The notes under the pieces are model-generated. The model saw nothing but the letters and a program-made list of their open reading frames with translations, was not told where the DNA came from and made no database searches. Source: Paecilomyces variotii (lineage: Eukaryota). Taken from it: a DNA stretch of 51,259 bases. The translations under genes and the position numbers were made by a program. This document shows positions 36,616 to 48,325 of the stretch, in pieces (positions within the stretch are counted from its first letter, which is position 1; each line of letters starts with the position of its first letter). Location: NCBI GenBank assembly GCA_004022145.1, contig RCNU01000024.1, one strand, 5' to 3'.

Positions 36616-37882
36616 TCATCTGAATTCTGACTGCTTCCCAGTCTGGTCATCAATCACCCTATTAAACCAAATCAGCTCCTGAAAACCTTCCTCTTCCTCC
36701 AGCTGCAGACCCATCTTGACCGTCCGATCGTTGTCAAACCTAAACTCTGCCATAAGAGGGACATCGCCGCCTTCCCAGAAATCACTAAAATGGGCAATAT
36801 ACTTCGTCTGCTCACCGATATGGTCGAGCGTAAGCGTGAATCCCATCGATCGATCCGTAGCGTCAATGAAGAGCTTATCATTTTTGGTCTGGACCGTTAT
36901 ACCGCGGTAGCCCGGGTTCCAGTACCTGCCCGTGTACGCGCTGAGCGGCATCTTCTGCGGCTGGGTCTCCTTGATTCCCGGACAGAGCTGTTGCCGAAGG
37001 TCTTCTTCGGAAGGGTCATTCACATTGTCTCCGGATTCGAGTTTGTTCCAATCCGGTCGTTCAGCTTCCGGCACTCGGAGCAACTCGTCGATCAATTCGT
37101 GTCCCAAGATAGAGGCGACCGGCTCCCCGTCGCCTGAATTCCCGAAGATGACCCCGCCGAACTTCACATCAGGCAGGAAGAAGTGCCAGCTGCCAAAGCC
37201 AGCTACTAAGCCAGAGTGACTGACAATCTTATGACCCCTGTAGAAGAATGTCCCCAAACCAGCACCATACGCTCTTGGCGAGGTGAATGGGGGTAGGTGT
37301 TTCTCATCAGGGTTCTCGAATGATCGCGACCTAATAATACCCTTGTAGACTTCTTCTGTGATGGGGTCCTCGTGGTTCATTAGAGCCTTGATCCATCTGA
37401 TATAGTCGTTGACACTGGTAATAATAGACCCTGCACCTTGGGCCTCGGGGCAGTCTGGAGTTTGGAATCCTTGGTATTTTTGGTCGTTTTTGTCCCATAC
37501 ATATCCGGTAGCGATGCGGTCACCAAGACCCTTAGCTCGAGCACGTTCGGGCTGGAGGTTAGTCGAGTGCATACCCAGCGGACTGAAGAAACGTTCGTGG
37601 AGGAAGTCAGCAAATGGTCGCTTCGTACTGCACCTCAGGATATTTTTCATTGTCGTTGACCAGCAATCCAACCGATGCGCCCGTTAGAGACTTCCCAACA
37701 GACGCAGTGTCGAAGAGTGTGTCTGGTGTACACGGCTTGGACGGGTCCAGTGACGCCTTCCCATAACCTGCTGAAGCAATTGTTTCGTTCTGCACGATAG
37801 CGATGGCAAGACCGGGCACATGGTATTGTTCCATAAGCTCTTCCACACGGGAAGAGAATTTTGGAGAGTGGAAAAGATCCAT
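36616..37882 (-). pseudogene. Beta-lactamase-family (S12) serine hydrolase with C-terminal DUF3471-like domain, internally deleted and frameshifted
   Basis: The N-terminal frame (VPGLAIAIV...LFDTASVGKS, SxxK) ends at YEATIC*. A second frame carries FFSPLGMHST, AGSIITSVNDY, HSG and YTGRYWNPGY. The segment with LLSHRTG and YxN is missing, and there is no intron at the junction. Confidence 0.75.
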
Positions 37883-40035
37883 TTCTGTGTGTGTTCGTGT
37901 CAATCAAATGCGAAACGCTTTTTCGGCCCTTTGGTTAGAGAAATGCTAAACCCTTTCAACGAGCCAATGATGCAGAGTTAATGTTCACTGTATAGCAAGA
38001 TCATCTTGATGCCTGGCTGGTGGATTTTTGGACCTTTTTATATACAAGACTGTATTGTTGTCGAATTCATTCTCTCGACATGAGTCAAAATGAGTAAAAC
38101 GGGCTTTGTTGCCTGGAGCTGAGAATAATCAAGTGATAGCCTGAGTTAGACTAGGTAGTTAGCGTATATACATAGTGGCCTGCGGGGTTCAGAAACAACA
38201 GTTGTACGGAGTAAAGGGTTGCAGAGGTTATGCATAATCCCAGCTAGTCACAACAGTTATAAACGCTTCAACGTGCGAGCATATTCTATTGGGTTCCTGG
38301 AATGGTTGTCAGCGTTTCCAGGAACGCCTGGCGCCGAAGAATGGTTTGCGCCAAATAATTGCTTCATGCCGGAATTTGCGAAAATGTTGCTCTATGCCAA
38401 AAAGAGCGTGGATTGTGTCAGTATGGGATTCTCCTAGCTAGTTATTATTACGAAAGCTTCTCGCCGCTTCCTTCAAAAGCGCTGCAGCCTCTCCATGGAT
38501 TTGGCAAATTCCTGCTTACTACCTGTTGGATATGCCGGGACCATGTCGATTTGCTTCGCATTTGTCGGTGCTGTGCTTTATGTGGATCGAACTGATATGA
38601 ATCTCTTGTCTTAAAAGGCGATAAAGTCCTGCTGGACAGAATTGAGATCAATAATATTCAGTGGAGCATTTACAATATTTGCACTCATATCCTTACGGGT
38701 CCTGGAAAAGAAAGAAATATACGCGTAGGTAAGCGTGTACTAGGAAAGACGAAGGGCCTCTTGCTCGGGCGACCATTTCAACTCCTAGTGAGATTCGATT
38801 AATATGATGCAGTTTCCGGAATGGTCCCGTGCCGTGGTGGCTTCACCGATTCGCGGTAGAGAAGAAGTGAGAAGGATGACGACAGTTTGCATAGACGATA
38901 TTCGAGCTAGTTCTATGTATCTACTAGGCTGCTGCTGGAGTCACTGCAACAGCGTGTTTCCAAGATCTTTCGGTCTGAGGACCATTGCAATTCCGGCAGG
39001 ATAAGACGCCATACTCGGTCCATTATTATTACTCGGTAGACCGAGGTAATACTTCACTATCACTGCGCGCCGGAGAACTAAGTACATACATACTTAGTCT
39101 AATGCCGACAATACTCCGGTTTCTGCGCACCTGGCCCGTCGTCGGATCATTCATGGCTGCCGTCGTTCGGCAAACACATCTTGAATCCTTTGCTGACCAC
39201 GTCGGGGTTGTTCCCGTAACGAGTCAAGTAGGGATCGGTGAGTGCGAGGACTCTGTAGATGATGAGGACACGGCAAATGTGTTCCTGCAAGTCCTTTTGC
39301 ACCTACTGGATTGAAGGGTCAAGAATGATGGATTGTTACCTTCGTTCCTTCACTGATGTTTTTGTTCCTGAGTATTGGGTTCTTTCAGCTCCTGCCACGC
39401 CGCTTTCGTCAGAATAATGGTTGTCCTAAGACAGACGTCGTTCACTTTTGCTCAATTTAGGCGATATTCAACGGTCTACTGTTCCTCTTCCCGGTAAGAT
39501 GGAAGACAACTACACGAACGAATGGATATTAGCCAGCCCAATTGCCCGATCGTTTGACGGCATTGGAGGGAGCCCCGAGAGGAATTCGGTTAATTGAATG
39601 GAATGCAAAATCAAGGCGATTCTCGGCGCAGCGAAAACAGCCGACTGGATGGCGCCGACAAGCCGGGGATGATCTTTTGGGTGTTGCAACGCTAAGCTTC
39701 TCTCCACGGATGACGCAGCCCCCTGACCCCAACTTTCGATATGCTTCCCCATGGGCAGCTCGGACGCTAGTTTCGGGGTTTCTCCAGACTATCTGATACG
39801 ATGCTTGTCAACTTGTTCGACATGAAGTCATGGTTTCTTTTAGCGCTGTCTAGGCCATGCATTTCGGCAGCGTGTCCAGCGTGGCCGGGAAAGCATTCAG
39901 TTTTGCGAAGGCGGAGGGCATTGCGGCCCGGTTCATACATATTAAGACGGTCCCCAGTCTCCTAGATGAGATGTTTCCTCCTCCACGCAGAACAGTTCTC
40001 GCAGCTGGGAGTGGTCGGTGTCGTCTTCAGTCACA

Positions 40036-41116
40036 ATGTATACCATCACCAACATCTATGGTATGTCTGTTTCTATGCTTGACCTGTCATGTACTGTACA
40101 TGATTCCGCTAACCCGACGGCAGTCCTCGCTGCCTTTGGCACCATTGGAGGTGCCCTTTTCGGCTTCGATATCAGGTAAACATTGTTTGAGGAGAGACGC
40201 TGGTAGACCATCTCACTAACGCTTGGTGTAGTTCGATGAGTGCCTGGATAGGGTCGAAACAATATCTAGACTACTTTGACAACCCGGATTCTAACCTGCA
40301 AGGAGGAGTACGGGCATCTTCAGTTACCTTATCAAGACGTCCAAGCTAATGATTTACTTGTCTCTAGATTACAGCATCTATGTCTGCTGGGTCGTTTGCC
40401 GGTGCTATTGCTGCTGGTTTCTTGTCGGACCAGATCGGTCGTCGTTATTCCTTGATGATTGCTGCCTGTATATGGGTAATCGGAGCCGCCATTCAATGTA
40501 GCGCTCAGAATGTGGCCCATCTGGTTGCGGGACGAGTCGTTAGTGGGCTTTCTGGTATGAACACTTCTAGTTCTGACTTATGGAGATGATATAATGAACT
40601 GACCTTCTCTCTGCAGTCGGTGTGACCTCCTCCCAGGTCTGCGTTTATCTAGCTGAACTGGCCCCCGCACGCATCCGAGGTCGCGTCGTCGGTATTCAGC
40701 AATGGGCAATCGAATGGGGTATCCTAATCATGTACTTGATCGCTTATGGCTGCTCCGTTGGTATAAGCGGGCCGGCCGCTTTCAGAATCTGCTGGGGTAT
40801 ACAAGGTATCCCAGGCCTCATTCTGCTGGCTTCTCTGTTCTTTTTCCCTGAGTCGCCTCGTTGGTTGGCTGGAAAGGAGCGATGGGAAGAGTGCCTCGAC
40901 ACCCTGGCTCTCATCCATGGAAACGGCGACAGAAATAATCCTGTAGTACAGGTCGAGTTTGAGGAAGTCCGGGAAGCAGCACGGGTTGCCCATGAGGCCA
41001 AGGACATCTCATTCTTTGCACTGTTTGGACCGCGTATCTGGAAGCGTACTGTCTGTGGCATGTCGGTGCAAATGTGGCAGCAGCTGCTAGGTGGCAACAT
41101 AGCATATTTCTTATAG
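40036..41116 (+). pseudogene. MFS sugar-porter (hexose transporter), 5' part only, truncated at the AT-rich block
   Basis: Spliced exons give MYTITNIYVLAAFGTIGGALFGFDIS, SDQIGRR, GRVVSG, YLAELAPARIRG, PESPRWL and QQLLGGN. The sequence turns AT-rich at ~41105, with a stop at 41114-41116 in TM7. Confidence 0.85.
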
Positions 41117-43194
41117 TTCTCTTTTAAAAGAGTAAAAATAGATTTCCCCTTCTTATTTTCTATAATATTCACTAAGAATATAATAGTAGTAAATTAATAT
41201 TTTAACCTTTAATAGAATTTAATCCCTATTAGATTTAATATTTAATATAATATTAAAATAGTTTATTATAAATCCTCTTATTATTACACTTAAGTAGACT
41301 AAATTAGATTTATTAAAGCTTTAATCTAGTAAAGCAGTATAATAGAGAACTTTTATTAGTATTATAAAAGTATAAGAAGGTTAAATTCTACTAAGTCCCG
41401 CGAGAAGCGAGGTTACTAATATATATAATATAACTGGCAGAATAAGGCGGTGAGCCCTAAAGGCGGTAAGCCCGCGGGTCTTCTCTGTAATACCTCTATT
41501 AATTTAATATTTAAGAGATATTAGACGCGTTTATTAATTAATATCTTAATCTTATATTCTGCTATACTATCTTATTTTATACTAACTAGCTTAGCTAGTA
41601 TAAGGATTTAATTAAAGAAGTCTTTATTATATATAGTAAGTTTAAGATAAAGAATTTTTATATAAGATATAATTTATTTATTTAGTTATAATAAAAGATT
41701 TATCTATAAGTCTTTATAATTATTTAGATTATTAAAGTAAGAGTTATTAAATATTTCTTTTTATTTCTTAATCTTATTATAGTTAGAATTTTTAATTTTA
41801 TTTTAATAAAATATCTCTTTTTTATTATAATAAAAAACTTTATTTTCTTTTTAAAAAAAAGATAAAATTTTTTTAAAGCTTTTCTCTTAATTATTAGTAC
41901 TATTCTTCTTTTTATTTAAAAGTATATATATATTTAATATAAGATTAAGTAAGATAATAGATTAAGTTATTAGTTAATCTTTTAAATTCTTTATTAATAC
42001 TATACTTAATAATACTTTTTAGAGAATATAGTTAAAAAGAATAAGGAATAGACTTAAATTACTTAGACTAATCTATAGTCTTATAAAGGCTAATATTACT
42101 TAGGGAGAGAGAGTATTAGTAATATTTTAGATTATAAAGATAGTAAGTAAATCTTTATTTAAGTAATAGAGTTTTTATAAAAAGCTTAGAGAAAGGTTTT
42201 TCTAAGTTTCTTAATTTTATTAAAATAAAATTATTCTTAAAGATTTCTTTAAAGTAAAATTTATAGTATATTTAATATTTATTAGTTTTAACTATTATTT
42301 TATAATACTTTTCCTTAGTCTAGACTTATTAAGTTAATTAATCTTAGTTAATTTAAAAATCTTAAGAAGTTTATCTTTAATAATAACTTAGTAAAACTAT
42401 CTACTATTATATCTTATATTTTAATAAACTTAATACTAATTCTATTTCTTTAATATAGATTATATATATAGTAATATATAATATTAATATACTTTAATCT
42501 TTTATAAGTATAGGTATCTCTAATTAATAATAATAATATTTAATTATTCTTATATATCTTTATTAAGAAGCTAATAATAAAAGTTTATTCTTTTTTTACT
42601 TTTAGTTTAAACTTATTAAGACTAATATAATATCTATACTCTATATCTCTTAATAGAAGGGCTAGCTATTAGAATTATTTTATAGTTTAATATATAGCTA
42701 TATATTTAGCTTCTATAGTTAAAGTTATAATAGATTAATGCGAATAATAATAAAATAATAGTTTTAGTAGCTTAAATACTAGAATTTTAGATAAATTTAG
42801 AGAATAAAGCTTACCCTCTTCTATTTAGCGGGAGAAGAAGACTATATTTAACTAATACTTATATAATAGAATACTTATATCTCTATATCTCTCTTTAGCT
42901 ATTCTATTAGTAGATTTATATTAGAATCTCCCCTTTTTATTAAGCCGATATTCTTATTATAACCCTTTTATATTTTTTATTTAGCTTCTATAGTTAGAAA
43001 TAGCTATTCTATTTTTTATCTATAAAAATATTAGTATATTTAATAATTATAACTAATTCTATAGTTATATCTATTAATTAAAAAATATTTAGTTTATTTC
43101 TATTATTTATAAATAATATCTATTTTTAATTCTAATAGGTTTTTTTTTAATTATTATACTTATTCTTAAACTATAATATTATAATTTATAAATA

Positions 43195-43691
43195 TATATT
43201 AATATAGAAAAGTACTAATAAAAAGAATTATATAATATTAAGAAATTATATAAAAACTTAAGCTATAAGGTATAATTAGATATAGAAAAAAAGGGTATTA
43301 TAGAATAATCTAGTATTATATAAATAGAACTATATAGTATATATATAGTAAAAAATAGAGAGATATTAATCTAAATATATAATATAGCTAAGAAGAATAG
43401 TCTAACTATAACTCTAATTATATAATACTATTATATAATATAATTATAAGTTCTCTATAATATATAATTAAAGTCTAGTATTAGTATTCTCTATTAATAT
43501 TAAAGAAAGAAAAAAAAGAGAATATATTTACACTATAAACTAATACTAATATTAAAAGATAAAAAAGGTAAAAATAATTATAAAGGAATATATAGATCTA
43601 TTAATAATAGTTATTTCTTAGGCTTAAACTTATAAAGGTAATATTATTAACTAAATATATAAAGATTAAAATAGATATTAAGATAAAAGTA
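43195..43691 (+). repeat. LTR-like direct repeat, copy 1
   Basis: Aligns by eye with 47877-48325 (e.g. AATATAGAAAAGTACTAATAA, CTCTAATTATATAATACTATTATATAATA, CTTAGGCTTAA). Differences are mostly G/A and C/T. Ends are approximate. Confidence 0.8.
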
Positions 43692-46600
43692 ATATAGATT
43701 CTCTATAGCTTACCCTATAGTAAGGTAGCGAGGTATAGGGAGAGAACTGGTAGTACTAGACCGCCCTAGGCCTAGTATTTAGTAGTAGTACCCCTTCTAG
43801 AGGGAGAATTAAGCTTCTTTATCTCTCTATCTCTACCTTAATAATACTATAGTTATCTCTGTAGAGTTCTTCTATATAGGGCTATATTAAAATAGTAATA
43901 TATCCTTTATTAAATAAGGTCTCTAATTATAGATTTTAAGTTTATATATTATTTTTTATTATTTATTAATATAGATTTAGCTATAGGGATTCTATACTAT
44001 TAATTAATTATTACGATACTATTTATTAAATTATTAGTAATAATTTCTCTATTAAACAGAAATTTTATCTATTTTCTTTTTCTTTATATCTCGCCCTAAC
44101 CCTTCTAATTATTATTAAGCTATTATATTAGTTATTAGTAGTATAACTATTATTAAGCTATTAATATCTTATTAGTATTTCTTCTATTAATTTTATATTT
44201 ATTCTTATTGTTTTTATTATTATCTTTAATTAATTTATTTATCTCTAATTTAATATATCTAAGTAACTAGAAGATAAACTAAAAGAAGAATTCCTAGATC
44301 TTTTAGAAGATATTATAGAATTAGGATTTTAATTAATAATATTTTATAAAATTAAGTTATTATATTAGAATTACTTTAACTAAGAATTAATTAATTAAAT
44401 TAATTTTATAGTATCGAACTATTTACTATCTTTAGTAATACTAGTCTAATTTTATAACCTGTTATTAATAATAGTATATTATTTAATAATATAAAGTAAA
44501 GTACTATTAAAATAAGCCTTTATTTTTTCTATAAAATAAATAATTAACTAATTCTATATATTAAAAGCTATACGGAGCCTTAAATAGAGAATAGCTAATA
44601 TACTATAGCTAGTATTAGCTACTAATATTCTTTCTATAAAAGAAGATTTACTTTAATAAACTTATAGTAATACTATATAGTATTATACTACTAAAAAGAG
44701 TATAAAGTAAATTATAAATTATATTATTAGCTAGTATATAATTATAAATAAACTCTATAAATTAAATATTAAGTAATTCTAGTAATAGAACTAATATATT
44801 TATATTAGACTAGTAGACTAATAATAGAAATAGTAGTATAAATAATAATATAAGAATATTAGATATAATATAGTAAATACTAGATTAAAACTAGGCTTTA
44901 ATTAATTGCCTTTAAGAATTATAGAATTAGAGTTATAACTAAATTAATAGAGAAATACTTAATATAAATAGAGGTTTACTAGTATTCTTATAGAAATAAA
45001 ATAACTTAGATTATTTTTATCTAAATCTTAAGAATATAGATTATACTAGAAATAGATTAATAATTAATATTAGGAATTATATATATTATTATAATATTCT
45101 TATTTTTATTAATAGAATCTATAATCTTATAGTAATTAAAGGGGAATTAATTATCCGGACTTATATTTATATATTACTTTATAGTATAACCTTACAATAG
45201 TTTATAGTAGAATTAATAGACCTTAAAAAGAACTCTTTATATTATCTAACTATTAAAGTAGAGTAAATCTCTACTTTTACTAAATAGTTCTAAAAGAACT
45301 CTACTATAGTAATATAAAAATTAAATTAGTTTAAATATATAATAATAGATATAAGGAATAGATATAATTTATAAGATTTTATTTAATTAGTAATTAGATT
45401 ATATTAGGCTTCCGGTATAGATAATATCTATAATTAGCTTCTTATAATATAGAACTAATTAGATTTTAATCTTAAATATAATATCTATATATTCTGGTTA
45501 AATACTATACTAGGAGATTTTATATATAAAATAAAGAAGACCTTTACTATATAATAATAATATTAGTAGAATAATTAAAGATAGAACTAAATAAACCGAT
45601 ATCTCTTTAATACTCCCTATAGTAACTAAAGAAGATTTCCTAATACCCCTTTTAATAATCCTAGAAATAAATATTAGAACTTATATAATATATAATATAT
45701 TAACCAGAAGAATTAAAATAGACTATAGTTTAATTAATAAATATAGTTATTCTCTTATTAAAATACTAGTTTCTAAAATTTCTAGAATTAATATTAGTAA
45801 CTATTATAGTAATAATAATACTTATAATAATTATAATAATAATAATAATAGATATAATAATAATAGTAATTTTATTTATTATTTTCTTAGTGCCTATATT
45901 AAAACTAGAATTATTATTAACTAGAACTATAATAATAAGATACTATACTATAAAGAAACTTTAGTAATATAATAGGCTATTAAAATACTATATTAATATA
46001 GGTTTATTATAGAGATACTAATAATAACCTTATAGAAAGTAATATTAATCTAGAGTTTAAGTTAAATAATAAATAATATTAGAATAATATATAATATAGT
46101 AGTTTTAAAGATAGATTTTATCAGGGTATTTATTATATAAATTAAAATTTTTATAAGAAATAAAATTTTCTAAATTAAGGTTTTAATAAAGTTATAAGCT
46201 TTACTAACTTCTAAGATAACTTTAAAGACTACTATATTAATACTAATTATATTAATTCTAATAATATAGAGTAATTTAGTTATTACTTTAAGTACTATAA
46301 TTACTATAAGTATTTTATATTAAATAATTAACTCTATATATATCTTTATAGAGTAAATTATTATTAAGAGATATATTTAAAGAAATACTTTAAGCTAACT
46401 ATATTAAAAGAAATAAATATATACTATATAGAACTTTAGATAGCCTATATTAGTAATAACTCTTATATTATTATAGAAATCCCTAAATACTATATATAGT
46501 ATTTTAAAGAAGTCTTTAGAAAATAGTAATATATAATTATTAAGGCCTATTTTATAGAATTATAGAAGCCGGTTAAACTAATTCTAAATACTAGCTATAA

Positions 46601-47568
46601 TATAATTTTAGCTAATTAGGAATTTATATAGAAATATTTATTTAATATAGTTATATAGAAAATAAATTAAGATATAAAAGTTTATAGTATAGAAGCAAGT
46701 ACTTATATATTAACTAACTTTATTAATCTTATTTTAAATATTCTAGTTAAAAGAGATAATACTAAAGTATTATTCTAGATTAATATAGAGATTTATCTTA
46801 TTAATAAGTTATAAGTAAATATATTAATTAAAAATAATATTATTATATTATTAGAAATAGTATTTAACTTTAATAAGAATATATTATAGGTAAAAGATAT
46901 AATTATAGATATTATAGTAATACTAAGGTAGTATTACTAGCTATACTCTATATATAGTATAATATATTATTATCCCGCCTAAATTAATAACTAATATATT
47001 AATATATATTATAAAGAATCTTCTAGATAATAGAGACTTTATCTTTAAATCTTTCTATAATTAAATACCTATTTATTTATATACTTATATTATAAATATA
47101 AATTTCTTCTTTATATAGACTATTAATAGTATATTTAGGGAATAAATAATACTATAAAAAACTTAGCTTAAACTTTTCTATAACTTTAAGGAGATAAATA
47201 TCTTTCTCGCTAAATCTAATACTATAATATTACTTTTAATATTAAAGGAACTAGAACTATTACCTTAATAGACTATATCTTTTATAGATTATAAATACTG
47301 TCTCTCTAATAGAATAACTATATATATAAAATACCTAGAGACCTTTAAATATTATTAATAAGTTATTAAATAATATAATATTTAGAGAGACTATAGCTTT
47401 ATTAATATATTAAAGGAAGAATAAATAAGAATTAAACTAAAGAATAAATAGTAGAATAAGATATTATAATATAATAGGCTATATTAACTTAAACCTTAGA
47501 ATTAAAATATTATTAATTAAAAGTTTAATAGGCTTTATATATAGAATAGAATATATTATATAGTAATC

Positions 47569-47877
47569 TATACTCCCTTTAGATATTCTATCTTTATAAT
47601 CTAGAAGAATATTATTAAAAATAATAAAATTATAATAAAATTATAAATAATAATTAATCTTAGACCTTTAAATAAAATAATAGAGATAGATATTTATTTA
47701 ATTCCCTTTTAAAAAAATATTTGTTATTTTATTACTAGTAAAGCCTATATATCTATATTTAATATTATATACTTCTTCTATTAATAATATATATACCTAG
47801 ATAATTAGTAATATCTTATAGTAATTATATATTAAAGATAGAAAATATTTAAAGTTATAATTATAGGGTTTAAAAAT
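47569..47877 (+). mobile_element. RIP-degraded Ty3/gypsy reverse transcriptase fragment
   Basis: The literal frame reads YTPFRYSIFII*K...IIINLRPLNK...DIYLIPF*..I...SKAYISIFN...FFY**...IIY*R*KIFKVIIIGFKN. Reverting transitions gives TPFGYPVFVVWK...VVDLRPLN...GKAYISVFD...FFYQW...THRGQE.F.V..MGFKN. Confidence 0.75.
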
Positions 47878-48172
47878 ATAATAATATAGAAAAGTACTAA
47901 TAAGAAAAATTATATAAGAAGCTATATAAGAACTTAAGCTATAAAGTATAACTAGATATAGAGAAAAAAGGTATTATAGAGTAATTTAGTATTATATAAA
48001 TAGAACTATAATATATATATATTATAAGAAGTAAAGAGATATTAATCTAGATATATAATATAGCTAAAAAGAACGGCCTAATTATAACTCTAATTATATA
48101 ATACTATTATATAATATAGTTATAGGTTCTCTATAATATATAACTAAAGCCTAGTATTAGTATTCCCTACTA

Positions 48173-48210
<38 letters not shown>

Positions 48211-48325
48211 TATATTCGCGCTATAAAAGATCTACTAATAATAGTTATTCCTTAGGCTTAAGCTTATAAAAGTAATATTATTAACTAGGTATATAGAGAT
48301 TAAGGTAAGTATTAAGATAGAAATA
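47877..48325 (+). repeat. LTR-like direct repeat, copy 2
   Basis: Second copy of 43195-43691. It lacks ~55 bp present in copy 1 and carries an A28 run (48178-48205). Confidence 0.8.

Noticed and set aside
39150-39440. Possible minus-strand gene relic (VQKDLQEHICRVLIIYRVLALTDPY...)
   Set aside because: It needs an implausibly short intron, has upstream stops, and has no recognisable family.
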